Below are positions 40,631-51,508 of a DNA stretch of 64,000 bases, one piece after another. Both the position numbers and the translations under genes were made by a program. Positions within the stretch are counted from its first letter, which is position 1, and each line of letters starts with the position of its first letter. Below the pieces are notes generated by a model. It searched no databases and had not been told where the DNA came from. It worked only from the letters and a program-made list of their open reading frames with translations. The stretch is from Bdellovibrionales bacterium (GTDB lineage: Bacteria; Bdellovibrionota; Bdellovibrionia; Bdellovibrionales; UBA1609), in contig CBDBIB010000003.1 of the NCBI GenBank assembly GCA_965205945.1, positions 224,001-288,000 on the forward strand, given 5' to 3'.

Positions 40631-41047
40631 ATGTCGATTAATAGCGAAAAAGCACCAGAGCCTGTAGGTGCATATCCTCATGCAAAAAGAATAGGAGACC
40701 TGCTTTTCTTATCCGGTGTTGGCCCTAGAGTAAAGAATTCTAAAAAAATTCCAGGAGTAGAGATTTCATTAGATGGTGAAATTTTAAGTTATGATATTAA
40801 AATACAAACTCATGCAGTTATTAATAATATTAAATTAATTTTAGAATCTTCGGGTTTGGAATTAAAAGACTTAGTGGACTGTCAGTGTTTTTTAACAAAT
40901 ATGAAAAAAGATTTTAAAAAGTTTAATCAAGTTTATGCAGAGTATTTTTCAATAAAAAATGGTCCGTGTAGAACTACAGTAGAAATTGGCGCTTTACCAA
41001 CTCCAATTGCTGTTGAATTTAAGTGCATTGCTAAATTAAGAACGTAG
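40631..41047 (+). CDS. RidA family protein, 2-aminomuconate deaminase-like
   Basis: APEPVGAYPHA, LFLSGVGPR, PCRTTVE (catalytic Arg), LPTPIAVEFKCIA; ATG at 40631. Confidence 0.85.
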   Translation: MSINSEKAPEPVGAYPHAKRIGDLLFLSGVGPRVKNSKKIPGVEISLDGEILSYDIKIQTHAVINNIKLILESSGLELKDLVDCQCFLTNMKKDFKKFNQVYAEYFSIKNGPCRTTVEIGALPTPIAVEFKCIAKLRT

Positions 41048-41227
41048 CTATTTTCTAACATGTTTATGTTTAAGCGTCATAATTAAAATCAGCAGATTAG
41101 AGAAAGTACTATTTAGTGTTAAATAACTTTAAATCTTTATTTGTCTAATATGAGAATTTGATTTTTTTAGTTTATGTGGTTGTAAAATAGTTTGACTAAT
41201 TTAAATAATGTTTATATTTTTTTAAGA

Positions 41228-41530
41228 ATGATGGAGAAAAAAATAAGTCAAAAAATAAAAAATAAATTTAAACCCACTGTATTTTTTTTAGAAAATGAAA
41301 GTCATAAGCACTCAGGATCAAGAACAGAAAGTCACTTTAAAGTTTATTTAGTGTCTAATGAATTTAATACCTTGTCTAAAATACAAAGGCAAAGACTTGT
41401 TAATGATTTGATGAAAGAAGAGTTTGATAAAGGTCTTCATGCACTTTCTTTAAGATTAAGGACAGTAAAGGAGCATTCGTTAAAAGGTGTAGGAGATTTT
41501 ATTAGTCCATCTTGTGTTTCTAAAAGCTAA
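41228..41530 (+). CDS. bolA: BolA family protein
   Basis: NESHKH, ESHFKV, RQRLVN, GLHAL, SP.C. Confidence 0.9.
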   Translation: MMEKKISQKIKNKFKPTVFFLENESHKHSGSRTESHFKVYLVSNEFNTLSKIQRQRLVNDLMKEEFDKGLHALSLRLRTVKEHSLKGVGDFISPSCVSKS

Positions 41531-41601
41531 TTATGTGTGGTGGGTTTAGTACAATAGTTTTTTAAATTTTTAGGCAGAATGTAACTGTTAGATAAAAAAT
41601 A

Positions 41602-43527
41602 TTAGTTTAGAGCAGAGCTTTTTTCTAAAGCGGTGTAAATTTCTTTATTTCTTAAAACTAATTTAACGTATTGTCGGGTTTCTCTATAGGTTATTTCTTC
41701 TATAAAGAGCATCCAATCACCTTTATAAAAACGACGCTCCCACTCTTCTACTTTATTTATTGAAGCATTATAAGCAGCAATGGCTAAAGGAAGCTTTTCA
41801 TCAAAATTCCTTAAATTTTCTCTTAAAAGCCAAGCCCCTATAAAGATGTTAAAAATAGGATTGTATAGTTTAAAAGGGTTTATTGCTTGAATAGGGGCAG
41901 TATTTGGGTTTTTCCTTGTGTCATTTAAAAAGTTTATAGCTCTTTTGGGAAGAATTTGCATTAAGCCAAAGGCATCGGCCCAACTTCTTGCGTAAGGATT
42001 AAAATTAGATTCTTGTTTTATAATAGACCAAATAAGTTCTTTTTTAATAGAAAATTTTAAACTTGCAAGAAGAATTTCTTTACTAAAGCCTCTTGAGAAA
42101 AAAAACTGTAAATTTCTAGAAATGTTGATTTTACCAGCTTTTAAATCAAGAAATAAATCTGCATACATGCCGTTTAAAGCTTTTAGTTTTTTCCAACTTA
42201 AAGTTTTTTTAAATTTTTTAGTATTTTGAATGTGCTTGATGTAAGCTTGAGCCAGTGAAAGTTCTTTTGATTCCATAATGTGAAGTAAATTTTTCTCATG
42301 GATTGTTGATAAAGATTTTTTAAACTTAAATATGTTTTCAGCTTTAATTTGAACACTCTTTCCTATGGCAAATTTACTCCAAAGGTAAAAACTCATTGGG
42401 TGATGTTTAGTGATTAGATCTAGGTATTTATTTTTTTCTTGCTCGCTGTCACTCCAGCGATACATCCAATAGTAGAGTTTTGGTAGAATCTTTTTTTCAC
42501 TAATGTTAGTAAGATTAAAAGAGGCATGGGAGAGTGCTTGTTTAGAACCTAGAAGTTTACTCTCTAACCAAACAAGATTCCAAACTCTATTTTGATATTC
42601 AGGGTCAGTTAGAGGAGTTGTTTGCACAGCTTTTTTAAGCCAAGTATGAGCTTTTTTAAGTTCACTTAAGTCTTCATAAATACGTCCTTTAACCCAATAA
42701 TGCTCAGAGCACATTCTTACCGGATTGCAATGAAATTTGATTAGGGTAGTAAGCTTATTTAAAGCAAGGTTTGTAGATTGATAAGTCCAAATTCTGCGAA
42801 TGTTTTCTAAAGCCTCCGTGAGGTAGAGTTCTTTATAGTAAGAACTTGATCTGTTCTTACGGTATCGTTTGTAGATAGAATCTATATATTTTTGTGAATA
42901 CATTAAATAATCAACATTTCTGTTAATTTTTTTTTGAGTAGAGACCATAGCTTTTTGAAATTTTAAATTAGAGGGGTGTTTTGTGTTTAGAATTTTTAAT
43001 AAATCTAGAGCACGGTTGTTTTGTCCACGGCGATTTAAATCTTTAACAACAGAGAAATTAGGTGCTTTTAGCCTATTTGGATTATGTGAAGGAAACTTAG
43101 ACCAAAGACTACTAAGCTCTTTTTGAGCTGATAAAGAGAGTTGATTTTTAATGTTAATACTTTTTAATAAGTATTTTTCGATTTCTGAGTTTTCTTTTAT
43201 ATATGGTAAAAGTTGAGAGATTATTTTTAATTCATCTTCATTGGTTAAAGGGGAGAGTATTCTAAGCTTTGCAATTTCAGATAAGAGCCAGTGCTCTAAA
43301 GGGTGCTCTTTAAAGAGGTAAGTTAGGGATTCTAAAGGAAAGCAGGGAAAAGATTGATATGCTGTAATTAATTGATCCATAGTGGTTTTTTCTTTTAAGA
43401 TGTTTTTAGAAAAACTCCCCTTACAGTCTTTAAAAGTAAGGGGCTGTTTTTTTTCATTTTTAATAACTTTTGAAGAAAACCCAGTAAAAATAGATGTTAG
43501 TAAAAGGAGTAAAAATATTTTTCTCAT
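41602..43527 (-). CDS. slt: Soluble lytic transglycosylase (helical N-terminus plus SLT domain)
   Basis: IIKQESNFNP, AFGLMQILP, AAYNA, IEEITYRETRQYVK. Confidence 0.9.
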   Translation of the reverse strand: MRKIFLLLLLTSIFTGFSSKVIKNEKKQPLTFKDCKGSFSKNILKEKTTMDQLITAYQSFPCFPLESLTYLFKEHPLEHWLLSEIAKLRILSPLTNEDELKIISQLLPYIKENSEIEKYLLKSINIKNQLSLSAQKELSSLWSKFPSHNPNRLKAPNFSVVKDLNRRGQNNRALDLLKILNTKHPSNLKFQKAMVSTQKKINRNVDYLMYSQKYIDSIYKRYRKNRSSSYYKELYLTEALENIRRIWTYQSTNLALNKLTTLIKFHCNPVRMCSEHYWVKGRIYEDLSELKKAHTWLKKAVQTTPLTDPEYQNRVWNLVWLESKLLGSKQALSHASFNLTNISEKKILPKLYYWMYRWSDSEQEKNKYLDLITKHHPMSFYLWSKFAIGKSVQIKAENIFKFKKSLSTIHEKNLLHIMESKELSLAQAYIKHIQNTKKFKKTLSWKKLKALNGMYADLFLDLKAGKINISRNLQFFFSRGFSKEILLASLKFSIKKELIWSIIKQESNFNPYARSWADAFGLMQILPKRAINFLNDTRKNPNTAPIQAINPFKLYNPIFNIFIGAWLLRENLRNFDEKLPLAIAAYNASINKVEEWERRFYKGDWMLFIEEITYRETRQYVKLVLRNKEIYTALEKSSALN

Positions 43528-43823
43528 ATTTTAATTACATCATTAGTTTTAATGTTGTGGTAGTTATTAAAGAGCAGTTATTAAATCAAAATTTTATGGA
43601 AATTTACAGGTGTTTTAGTTAGAGACATTAAATATTATAAAGCCTTTTGGTGTTTGAATTTAATAATAAAATGCCAGGTTAAAAACCATAATTACAGCAC
43701 TAGACCTTTGTCTTAATTTAGAACATTTTAGTGTCACTAGTTTTAGATCAATAGGGGCTTTTATTGGTAATCTATTAGTAAACCTTTCTACTTAAAATTC
43801 CGATCCATTCTAAAGGAGAATGG

Positions 43824-45587
43824 GTGAGGATAGTTTTAATAGTTTTAATTGTATTGCTTTCAGGCTGTGTAACAAAGCCATTTTCCGTTAAAAGAGAAAT
43901 AAGCTTAATTAAGTTAACTCAGGAGCAAAGAGATCAGATTTTTTTAACAACTCAGCTATATATATTTTCAAATAAGATAGAGGAAGCAGAAGCAGAGCTT
44001 ACATACGCGGTTAAACATTTAACAGGAGAAGAGGGTTTAGAGTTTAAACTTATGCTTGCAAGAGTTGAAACTGGGCTTGGTAAAGTTAAAAGTCCATACA
44101 AAAGATATATGCAGATGGTTAACGAATTTCCTATGAATGAGATGGTTTTTAAGGAAGCTGCACAGTTCTTATACCGTATTGAGTTAAAGGATGAGGCGTA
44201 TAAGCTATATTTAAGGTTAGTTAAGATGAATCCAAAAAAAAGTAATTATTGGATTTATAAGGGCCTGCTTGCTTTAGAGCTTGAAGATACAAAAGAGGCT
44301 TGGGATAGTTTTGATTTTTTAATTCATAAGTCTTTAGATGCAAAACACCTTGGGCATTTGTATATGGGAAGGCTTATACAGATGGTAGGGCTTCAAGGTG
44401 AAGCAATATTTGAATTTAAAAAATGTTTAAAGATTAAACCTGAAACTAAAGACTGTGCTTTAGAGCTTGCAAGAGAAATATATGGTTTTGGAAGAAAAAA
44501 AAGAGCGATTAAGGTCATAGAAAAATATTTAGATAAGTATAAATTTCAAGGAAATCAGAAGTTAGTGGAGCAGTTGGTTGATTGGCATATTAAAGAAGGG
44601 GATTTAAAATCTGCAATTGCAGATTTTCAAAATCTAGAAAGAGTTAACCCTGCGGATATTAGAATAAAAAGAAAAGTAGCTATGCTTATGGTAAAAGATA
44701 AAAATTATGCAGAGGCACTTAAGAGAATGAAACTAATTGTAAGTTATGAGCAATCTGATGAAGAAGATGGTTTAAATTATATAGATACGCTTAGACTGCA
44801 AGGGGATCAGATTGGGGCTGATAGGTATATGCTATCAATTCTTGATTCAAATAAAATAGGTGAAAAAACATTTTTTAAAAAATATGAAATGGATGAGGAA
44901 AAGATAGGGTTTAAGAAAGCATCTAAAGAATTAATGAAAGGGTGTAAGAAAAGCGTAAATAAGACAGATTGTTTTTATATTTACGCTTATATTTTATGGA
45001 GTAATGGAGATAAGAAGAAAGCAGTGAAAAGTTTAAAATCTATTCTTAAAAAGAATAAAAGCAATTCACATAAATTAGAATATTTATTAGGTAAGATATA
45101 TTATGAACAGGATAAGGAAAAAAAAGCACTTAAGCTTATGGATAAAATAATATTTGAAGATGAAAATTATGCGCAAGCATTAAATTTTAAAGCATACTAT
45201 TGGGCAAAGAAAAATTTGAATATGAATCAAGCAGAAGAACTTTCATTAAAAGCTCTTTTTAAAGATTCAAGAAATGGTCACTACTTAGATACATATGGGT
45301 ATATACTTGCTAAGAAAGGTAGGTTTAAAGAGGCGATAATAGTTTTAAAAGAAGCTGCAAAGTTAAACCCAGAGGAACCAGAAATTTTAGAACATCTTGC
45401 AGATGTTTATGTGCAGGTTAAGAATATTAAGGAGGCAATTAGATTTTATGTACTTGCTATTAAGTTATATAAGGGAGAGAATAAAGTACGTATCGGAGGT
45501 AAAATTGTTGAAATTCGATCAAAGAATAAAATCCTTAAAAGGGAAATTGGTTCTACTCCTATTGGTAGTAAGCCTTCTTTTAAGTAG
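43824..45587 (+). CDS. TPR-repeat lipoprotein
   Basis: LLSGC lipobox; C-terminal ALNFKAY, YLDTYGY, PEILEHLAD repeats typical of the TPR gene found upstream of lolB. Confidence 0.85.
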   Translation: MRIVLIVLIVLLSGCVTKPFSVKREISLIKLTQEQRDQIFLTTQLYIFSNKIEEAEAELTYAVKHLTGEEGLEFKLMLARVETGLGKVKSPYKRYMQMVNEFPMNEMVFKEAAQFLYRIELKDEAYKLYLRLVKMNPKKSNYWIYKGLLALELEDTKEAWDSFDFLIHKSLDAKHLGHLYMGRLIQMVGLQGEAIFEFKKCLKIKPETKDCALELAREIYGFGRKKRAIKVIEKYLDKYKFQGNQKLVEQLVDWHIKEGDLKSAIADFQNLERVNPADIRIKRKVAMLMVKDKNYAEALKRMKLIVSYEQSDEEDGLNYIDTLRLQGDQIGADRYMLSILDSNKIGEKTFFKKYEMDEEKIGFKKASKELMKGCKKSVNKTDCFYIYAYILWSNGDKKKAVKSLKSILKKNKSNSHKLEYLLGKIYYEQDKEKKALKLMDKIIFEDENYAQALNFKAYYWAKKNLNMNQAEELSLKALFKDSRNGHYLDTYGYILAKKGRFKEAIIVLKEAAKLNPEEPEILEHLADVYVQVKNIKEAIRFYVLAIKLYKGENKVRIGGKIVEIRSKNKILKREIGSTPIGSKPSFK

Positions 45588-46146
45588 TGGGTGTCAACAG
45601 TTGTTAAAAAGGTTCCAAGGAAATAATGAGGGTCAGATGGCTTTACATAGCTGGGTGTTGAGTACTAATTATCAAGATAAAAAAAAAGATAAAAAATATC
45701 CAGGAAAAACTAAGGTTTATATTCTTGGCAAAGATAAATTTAGAATGGATGTTTTTGATCCATTTGGATTTTTAAGAGTAGGAACACTTATTATTAATAA
45801 AGATCGCATGTCTTTGGATTTAATTTATGGAGAAGATTATAAAGGCCCTATTAATAGTGATCGAGTAAAAACTTTGCTTAAAGTAGATATTAATCCTAAA
45901 GATTTATTTTCTTTATTCACTCAATCTGGCTTTAAAGATAAGCACTGGAGTTGTGCTGTTAATGAAACAGGATCAGCATTTAAGGAGTGTATTAGTGATT
46001 TACATAAAATTAGTGTTTTTTGGTTTGGGTTAATGACTCAAAATGGAACAAAGGTTTTACTTAAACATGCTAAGGCTAAAATGACTTTTAAAGTAAAATC
46101 GTATAAAGCTTACTATGACTATGATGAGAATCTTTTTAAGCTTTAA
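45508..46146 (+). CDS. Hypothetical lipoprotein, possibly LolB-like
   Basis: GGAGGT RBS at 45495, TTG start, LLLSSGC lipobox, RMDVFDPFG resembling the LolB L..PLG segment; ORF track start 45397. Confidence 0.5.
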   Translation: MKFDQRIKSLKGKLVLLLLVVSLLLSSGCQQLLKRFQGNNEGQMALHSWVLSTNYQDKKKDKKYPGKTKVYILGKDKFRMDVFDPFGFLRVGTLIINKDRMSLDLIYGEDYKGPINSDRVKTLLKVDINPKDLFSLFTQSGFKDKHWSCAVNETGSAFKECISDLHKISVFWFGLMTQNGTKVLLKHAKAKMTFKVKSYKAYYDYDENLFKL

Positions 46147-46241
46147 TAAAAAGTTTTTTAGTATAATAAAATATTAGGCCTTAAGCTTATTTGTTATTTA
46201 TTTAAAAGCCTTGAATAATAGATTTAGGAGACTATTAAAAT

Positions 46242-48323
46242 ATGGATGATAAAAAATTAGATCTTAGATCAATAATCTCAAAGGTAGGTGGTAGTGATAA
46301 AGATCAAGATCTTATTTGGGTTGGAACTATGGCTGACTACTTAAATAAAGTTAAGAGTGATTTAAAAATTACAAGGAACGCTTATCAACGACTCTTTGAT
46401 CTTATTATAGAGCATGGAGTTAAGAATTATATTGATGCTAAAAAACAAGTTGTACATTATAATTTTTTTGATGATGAGGTTAATGGCGGTCAAGATGCGG
46501 TATTTGGTTTAGATATTCCATTAATGAAATTAATGAATGTTTTAAAAGCTGCTGCTCTTGGTTATGGGACAGAAAAAAGAGTTATTTTACTACACGGTCC
46601 TGTTGGAAGCGCAAAATCTACAATATGTAGGCGTATAAAAAAGGGTGTGGAGGCTTATTCTAAAACTCCTCAAGGACAATTATATACATTTGAATGGATT
46701 GACTTAAATGGTGAAAATGAGGAAATTTTCGGTAAGGACGTTAGGGTTTTCTTAAGTCCTATGAATGAAGAACCACTGTTATTATTTCCTAAAGTCTATA
46801 GAGAGGAAATTCAAACCCAACTTAATAAGGGGGCTCAAGGAGAATTTAGAGTAAATGTAAAAGGCGATGTTTGCCCTGCCTCAAGATTTATTTTTAAAAA
46901 GCTTAGTGAAAAATATGATGGGAATATTGAAAAAATACTAGAACACGTAAGAATTAAAAGAATGATTTTAAGTGAAGCAGATAGAATTGGAATTGGAACA
47001 TTTCAGCCTAAAGATGAAAAAAATCAAGACAGCACAGAGCTTACTGGAGACATCAATTATAAAAAGATTGCCCATTATGGTTCAGACTCTGATCCAAGGG
47101 CTTTTAATTTTGATGGTGAATTTAATATTGCAAACCGTGGAATTATTGAATTTGTAGAAGTTTTAAAGTTAGACGTAGCATTTTTATATGATCTTTTAGG
47201 TGCATCTGAAGAACATGTAATCAAACCAAAAAAGTTTGCACAAACACATATTGATGAAGTAATTATTGGTCATACAAATGAGCCAGAGTATAAAAGACTC
47301 CAGGATGATGAGTTTATGGAGGCGTTACGGGATAGAACGGTAAAAATTGACATTCCGTATATTACTAAACTTAAGAATGAAGTTTTAATTTATAAAAAAG
47401 ACTTTAACAGTCAGGTTTTAAGAGAAGTAAGTATTGCACCACATACTATTGAAGTTGCCTCTATGTGGGCTGTAATGACAAGGCTTGAAAAACCTAAGAA
47501 AGCTAATTTAAATAGGCTTCAAAAAATGAAACTTTATAATGGGAAAAATTTGCCTAATTATACAGAAGATAATATTAAAGAGCTTCGAAAAGAAACTGTT
47601 AGAGAAGGGTTGCAAGGAATTAGCCCAAGGTATGTTCAAGAAAAAATTTCAAATGCTATTATTTTTGCTCAACAGTCAAATAAAGGTTCAGTAAACCCAT
47701 TTATGGTTATAAATGAGCTTGAATCGGGTCTTAAAAATCATTCTCTGATTTCTAATGAAGAGGTTAAAGCTGATTATAAAGAGCTATTAAGTATTGTAAA
47801 GCAAGAATATGAGGAGATTATTAAAGCAGAAGTGCAAAGAGCAATAAGTGCTGATGAAAGGGCTTTAGCAAGCCTTTGTGGCAACTATATTGATAATATA
47901 AAAGCCTATACTCAAAAACAAAGAATACAGAATCCATTTACAGGTGAGTCTAAGGATGCAGATGAGCGTTTGATGAGATCTATTGAAGAAAAAATTGATA
48001 TTCCAGAGTCTAGAAAACAAGATTTTAGAAGAGAAATTATGAACTATATTAGTGCTATTTCTTTAAAGGGGCGAGAGTTTGATTATAAGGTTAATGATCG
48101 TTTACATAAGGCTTTAGAGCTTAAGCTTTTTGAGGATCAAAAAGACAGTATAAAACTAACCTCTTTGGTGATGTCTGCTACTGATTCTGATACAGAAGAA
48201 AAAATCAATGTTCTTAAAACAAGATTGATTAAAGATTTTGGCTATGATGAAGTGTCGGCAAAAGATGTTTTACATCATGTGGCAAGTATATTTGCAAGAG
48301 GTGATGTAAAGGATAGGCCTTAG
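46242..48323 (+). CDS. yeaG: PrkA/YeaG AAA+ serine protein kinase family
   Basis: [42 protein letters not shown]. Confidence 0.95.
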   Translation: MDDKKLDLRSIISKVGGSDKDQDLIWVGTMADYLNKVKSDLKITRNAYQRLFDLIIEHGVKNYIDAKKQVVHYNFFDDEVNGGQDAVFGLDIPLMKLMNVLKAAALGYGTEKRVILLHGPVGSAKSTICRRIKKGVEAYSKTPQGQLYTFEWIDLNGENEEIFGKDVRVFLSPMNEEPLLLFPKVYREEIQTQLNKGAQGEFRVNVKGDVCPASRFIFKKLSEKYDGNIEKILEHVRIKRMILSEADRIGIGTFQPKDEKNQDSTELTGDINYKKIAHYGSDSDPRAFNFDGEFNIANRGIIEFVEVLKLDVAFLYDLLGASEEHVIKPKKFAQTHIDEVIIGHTNEPEYKRLQDDEFMEALRDRTVKIDIPYITKLKNEVLIYKKDFNSQVLREVSIAPHTIEVASMWAVMTRLEKPKKANLNRLQKMKLYNGKNLPNYTEDNIKELRKETVREGLQGISPRYVQEKISNAIIFAQQSNKGSVNPFMVINELESGLKNHSLISNEEVKADYKELLSIVKQEYEEIIKAEVQRAISADERALASLCGNYIDNIKAYTQKQRIQNPFTGESKDADERLMRSIEEKIDIPESRKQDFRREIMNYISAISLKGREFDYKVNDRLHKALELKLFEDQKDSIKLTSLVMSATDSDTEEKINVLKTRLIKDFGYDEVSAKDVLHHVASIFARGDVKDRP

Positions 48324-49420
48324 TGGGAATACAAGAAGATCATAAAAGATTTAATGAAATCATAAGAGGTCATATTAAGAAAGAGTTTAAAAAGTACATC
48401 GTCCATGAAGAGATGATGGGAAAATCTGAAAATAATTTTATTAAAATTCCTATTTCAAAAATAAAAATTCCTAAATTCATATATGGCTCTAAAGAAACAG
48501 GAGGAGTGAGCCAGGGAGTGAGCCAAGGAGAGGGACAAGGGGATGAAGAGGTTTTATGCCAGGGTCAGGAAGCCGGAAATGCGCCTGGAGAGCATAAAAT
48601 TGAAGTTGAATTAGAGATTCAAGAGCTTGCAGATCTTTTAGGTGAGCAGCTTGAGTTGCCAAGAATTAAACCTAAGGGTGTTAGGAAAATTGAATCATTT
48701 CAAAAAAAATACACAAATATTTCCGATCAAGGGCCTAAAGGTCTTCATCATTTTAAAAAAACATATAAAGAAGCGTTAAAAAGATCTATTTTAACAGGAA
48801 CATATGATTCTAAAGACCCTATAATTATACCAATTAAGGCTGATTTTAAATATAAATCACCTAAAAAAGTTTTAAAGCCAGCAACTAACGCTGTAGTTAT
48901 TTATATGATGGATGTTTCTGGTTCTATGGGGGCAGAGCAGAAAAAAATAGTAAGAATGCAAAGTTTTTGGATAAATGTGTGGCTTAAGCATAATTATAAA
49001 GGACTTAAAACCAGATTTATTATTCATGATGCTGCAGCAAAAGAAGTTAATGAAGAGACTTTTTTTAAAACAAGTGAGTCCGGTGGAACTTTGATTTCAT
49101 CAGCATATAAAAAAGCTGTTCAAATTATTAATAAAGATTATGTTGGGGAAAACTGGAATATCTATTTGTTTCATTTTAGTGATGGAGACAATTGGAGTAA
49201 TGATGATACGATTCTTTGTAAAGAAATTATTAAGAAAGATTTTACAAGAAAAGTGAATCTTTTTGGCTATGGACAAGTTGAAAGTAAGTATGGAAGTGGT
49301 CAGTTTATTAAAGATATAGAGCAAGATTTTAAAGATAATGAGATCGTGGTGTGTAGCCCAATTAAAGATAAGACTGAAATTATGAAATCGATTAAAGATT
49401 TTTTAGGAAAAGGGCAATAG
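48323..49420 (+). CDS. yeaH: YeaH/YhbH (DUF444) vWA-like protein
   Basis: MMDVSGSM, ESGGTLISSAY, WNIYLFHFSDGDNW. Confidence 0.93.
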   Translation: MGIQEDHKRFNEIIRGHIKKEFKKYIVHEEMMGKSENNFIKIPISKIKIPKFIYGSKETGGVSQGVSQGEGQGDEEVLCQGQEAGNAPGEHKIEVELEIQELADLLGEQLELPRIKPKGVRKIESFQKKYTNISDQGPKGLHHFKKTYKEALKRSILTGTYDSKDPIIIPIKADFKYKSPKKVLKPATNAVVIYMMDVSGSMGAEQKKIVRMQSFWINVWLKHNYKGLKTRFIIHDAAAKEVNEETFFKTSESGGTLISSAYKKAVQIINKDYVGENWNIYLFHFSDGDNWSNDDTILCKEIIKKDFTRKVNLFGYGQVESKYGSGQFIKDIEQDFKDNEIVVCSPIKDKTEIMKSIKDFLGKGQ

Positions 49421-50895
49421 TGAACAGTTTGTCTAAACCGCTTCAAAAGGAGCAAGCACGTATTAAAAAGTTAGCTAAAAGTTTAGGGCTTGATTTTTTT
49501 GAAACAGTTTTTGAAATGATTGATTATAAGGAGATGAATCAAATTGCTGCATATGGAGGGTTTCCTGTTCGCTACCCTCATTGGAAATTTGGAATGGAAT
49601 ATGACTCGCTCTCAAAAAATTATGAGTATGGACTTTCTAAAATATATGAACTAGTTATTAATAACAATCCTTGTTATGCCTATCTTTTAGAAGGAAACTC
49701 TTTTTTAGATCAAAAATTAGTGATGGCTCATGTTTATGGGCATTGTGATTTTTTCAAGAATAACAAATGGTTTTTAAAAACAAATAGAAAAATGATGGAT
49801 CAAATGGCTAATCATGCTACAAGAATTCGTCGCTATATTGATAAGTATGGCCTTAATGAAGTTGAAAAATTCATAGATATTTGTTTATCGTTGGATAATT
49901 TAATTGATTGTCATGGTCCATACAATGAGAAAAAAACAGATTTGATTAGAAATGAAAATGAATTGATTCAAAATGTAGATTTTGAAAAAAAAGAATATTT
50001 AAAAAATTATGCAAAAAGTGTAAAGAAAGAGAATGAAGGTTTACTAACGTCGCAGCTAAGTTTTTTAAACAACAAACCTTATCAGGCTGAAAAAGATATT
50101 TTAAAATTTTTGATTTCTAATGCACCATTAAAAGCTTGGGAACAAGATGTTTTAAGTATTCTAAGAGACGAGAGTTATTATTTTGCACCACAGGCAATGA
50201 CTAAAATTATGAATGAAGGATGGGCTTCATATTGGCACGTAAAAATGATGACAGATTATATTTGTACAGACAGTGAGATTGTTTGCTTTTGTGATACACA
50301 CAGTGGAACTATGGCAGTAAATCCTAAGGGACTAAACCCTTATAAAATAGGAATTGAATTATTTAAGGATATAGAGAAGAGATGGGATAAAGGTCAATTT
50401 GGATCAGATTGGTTAGAGTGTGATGATCTTTTGGAGAAAGTAAATTGGGATAAGAACTTAGGCTTGGGTAAAGAAAAAATTTTTGAAGTTCGAAGAGATT
50501 TTAATGATGTGATGTTTATTGATCATTTTTTAACAAAAGAGTTTTGTGTAAAGAATAAGTTTTTTGTTTATAAATATAATGAACAAACAAAAACCTTTAA
50601 GGTAGACACTAAAGATTTTAAAGCTATTAAAGCTAAGTTCTTATTTCAACTTACAAATTTAGGGCAACCTATTATACAAGCTGTGGAGTCTAATTTTGAA
50701 AACAAAGGGGGATTGCTTTTAACTCATATGTTTGAAGAGGTTGAGCTTGAACCAAATTATATGAATGAAACGCTACAAAGAGTACAGGCTCTTTGGAGAA
50801 AACCAATTTATTTAGCAACAGTTTTAGATAAATCGCCCTCACTGGTTTCCTATGATGGAGTAGAATTTAATGTTAAAAAGTTAGAGAGCATGTAA
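49420..50895 (+). CDS. ycgB: SpoVR/YcgB family protein
   Basis: RYPHWKFG, IYELVIN, AHVYGHCDFFKNN, TKIMNEGWASYWH, NPYKIG. Confidence 0.95.
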   Translation: MNSLSKPLQKEQARIKKLAKSLGLDFFETVFEMIDYKEMNQIAAYGGFPVRYPHWKFGMEYDSLSKNYEYGLSKIYELVINNNPCYAYLLEGNSFLDQKLVMAHVYGHCDFFKNNKWFLKTNRKMMDQMANHATRIRRYIDKYGLNEVEKFIDICLSLDNLIDCHGPYNEKKTDLIRNENELIQNVDFEKKEYLKNYAKSVKKENEGLLTSQLSFLNNKPYQAEKDILKFLISNAPLKAWEQDVLSILRDESYYFAPQAMTKIMNEGWASYWHVKMMTDYICTDSEIVCFCDTHSGTMAVNPKGLNPYKIGIELFKDIEKRWDKGQFGSDWLECDDLLEKVNWDKNLGLGKEKIFEVRRDFNDVMFIDHFLTKEFCVKNKFFVYKYNEQTKTFKVDTKDFKAIKAKFLFQLTNLGQPIIQAVESNFENKGGLLLTHMFEEVELEPNYMNETLQRVQALWRKPIYLATVLDKSPSLVSYDGVEFNVKKLESM

Positions 50896-50901
50896 AAAAA
50901 A

Positions 50902-51445
50902 CATGCTTATCCGGTTGTTGCACATATAGGATTAGGTTTAGCCAATGAACATGCAGTGAGCGCGCCATCAAATAACTTTAAGACATCATGACGGCGGTTA
51001 AATTCATAGGTATATTCTGCTAAGTAAAGGTCTAAATATTTACTTCTAACACCATGGTGAGTCCCTAATATCCAAGATTTTGCATTTGATATAAATTTAT
51101 GAACCCATGGTTGCTAGCTGTCTAATATTTTTTGATTCCCATGGGTATAAAATACTACCAGCCCTTAAACGTTGTTCTTTGTTATAGCCTTTACACCGCC
51201 TCACCTCTGGTCGGGTTTTAAATCTATAATATTTTGTATGAGAGCACTCTGTGCATGTAAAACCATGCTTGCTAAAACGGTGGCGCCAAACAAGCTCTCA
51301 GGCTTTGGACTCACAATCAACATTTTTAAAAAAATGAACTAATCCGTACTGTTTATATCCCATAACATCTCTCCTTGATGCTAAATTGTAAACTTTGTTT
51401 AGTATTACATTGTAATTTTTATTGTGCAACAACCAGATAAGCATG
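50902..51445 (-). mobile_element. Internally deleted IS1595-family element (544 bp, non-autonomous)
   Basis: 23-bp IRs CATGCTTATCCGGTTGTTGCACA and TGTGCAACAACCAGATAAGCATG (one mismatch), A8 on both flanks. Minus strand encodes a Zn-ribbon N-terminus (ATG 51363, early TGA) and the C-terminus PWVHKFISNAKSWILGTHHGV..KYL..YLAEY.YEFNRR; the DDE core is missing. Confidence 0.92.
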
Positions 51446-51508
51446 AAAAAAAATATACGTTGCTTCTTACTGTTAGGAGAATATAAAATTTTTTCTTAAA
51501 AAAATAAT

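Noticed and set aside
46242..50895. yeaG-yeaH-ycgB as a novel system
   Set aside because: A widespread, already described conserved triad; nothing atypical seen.
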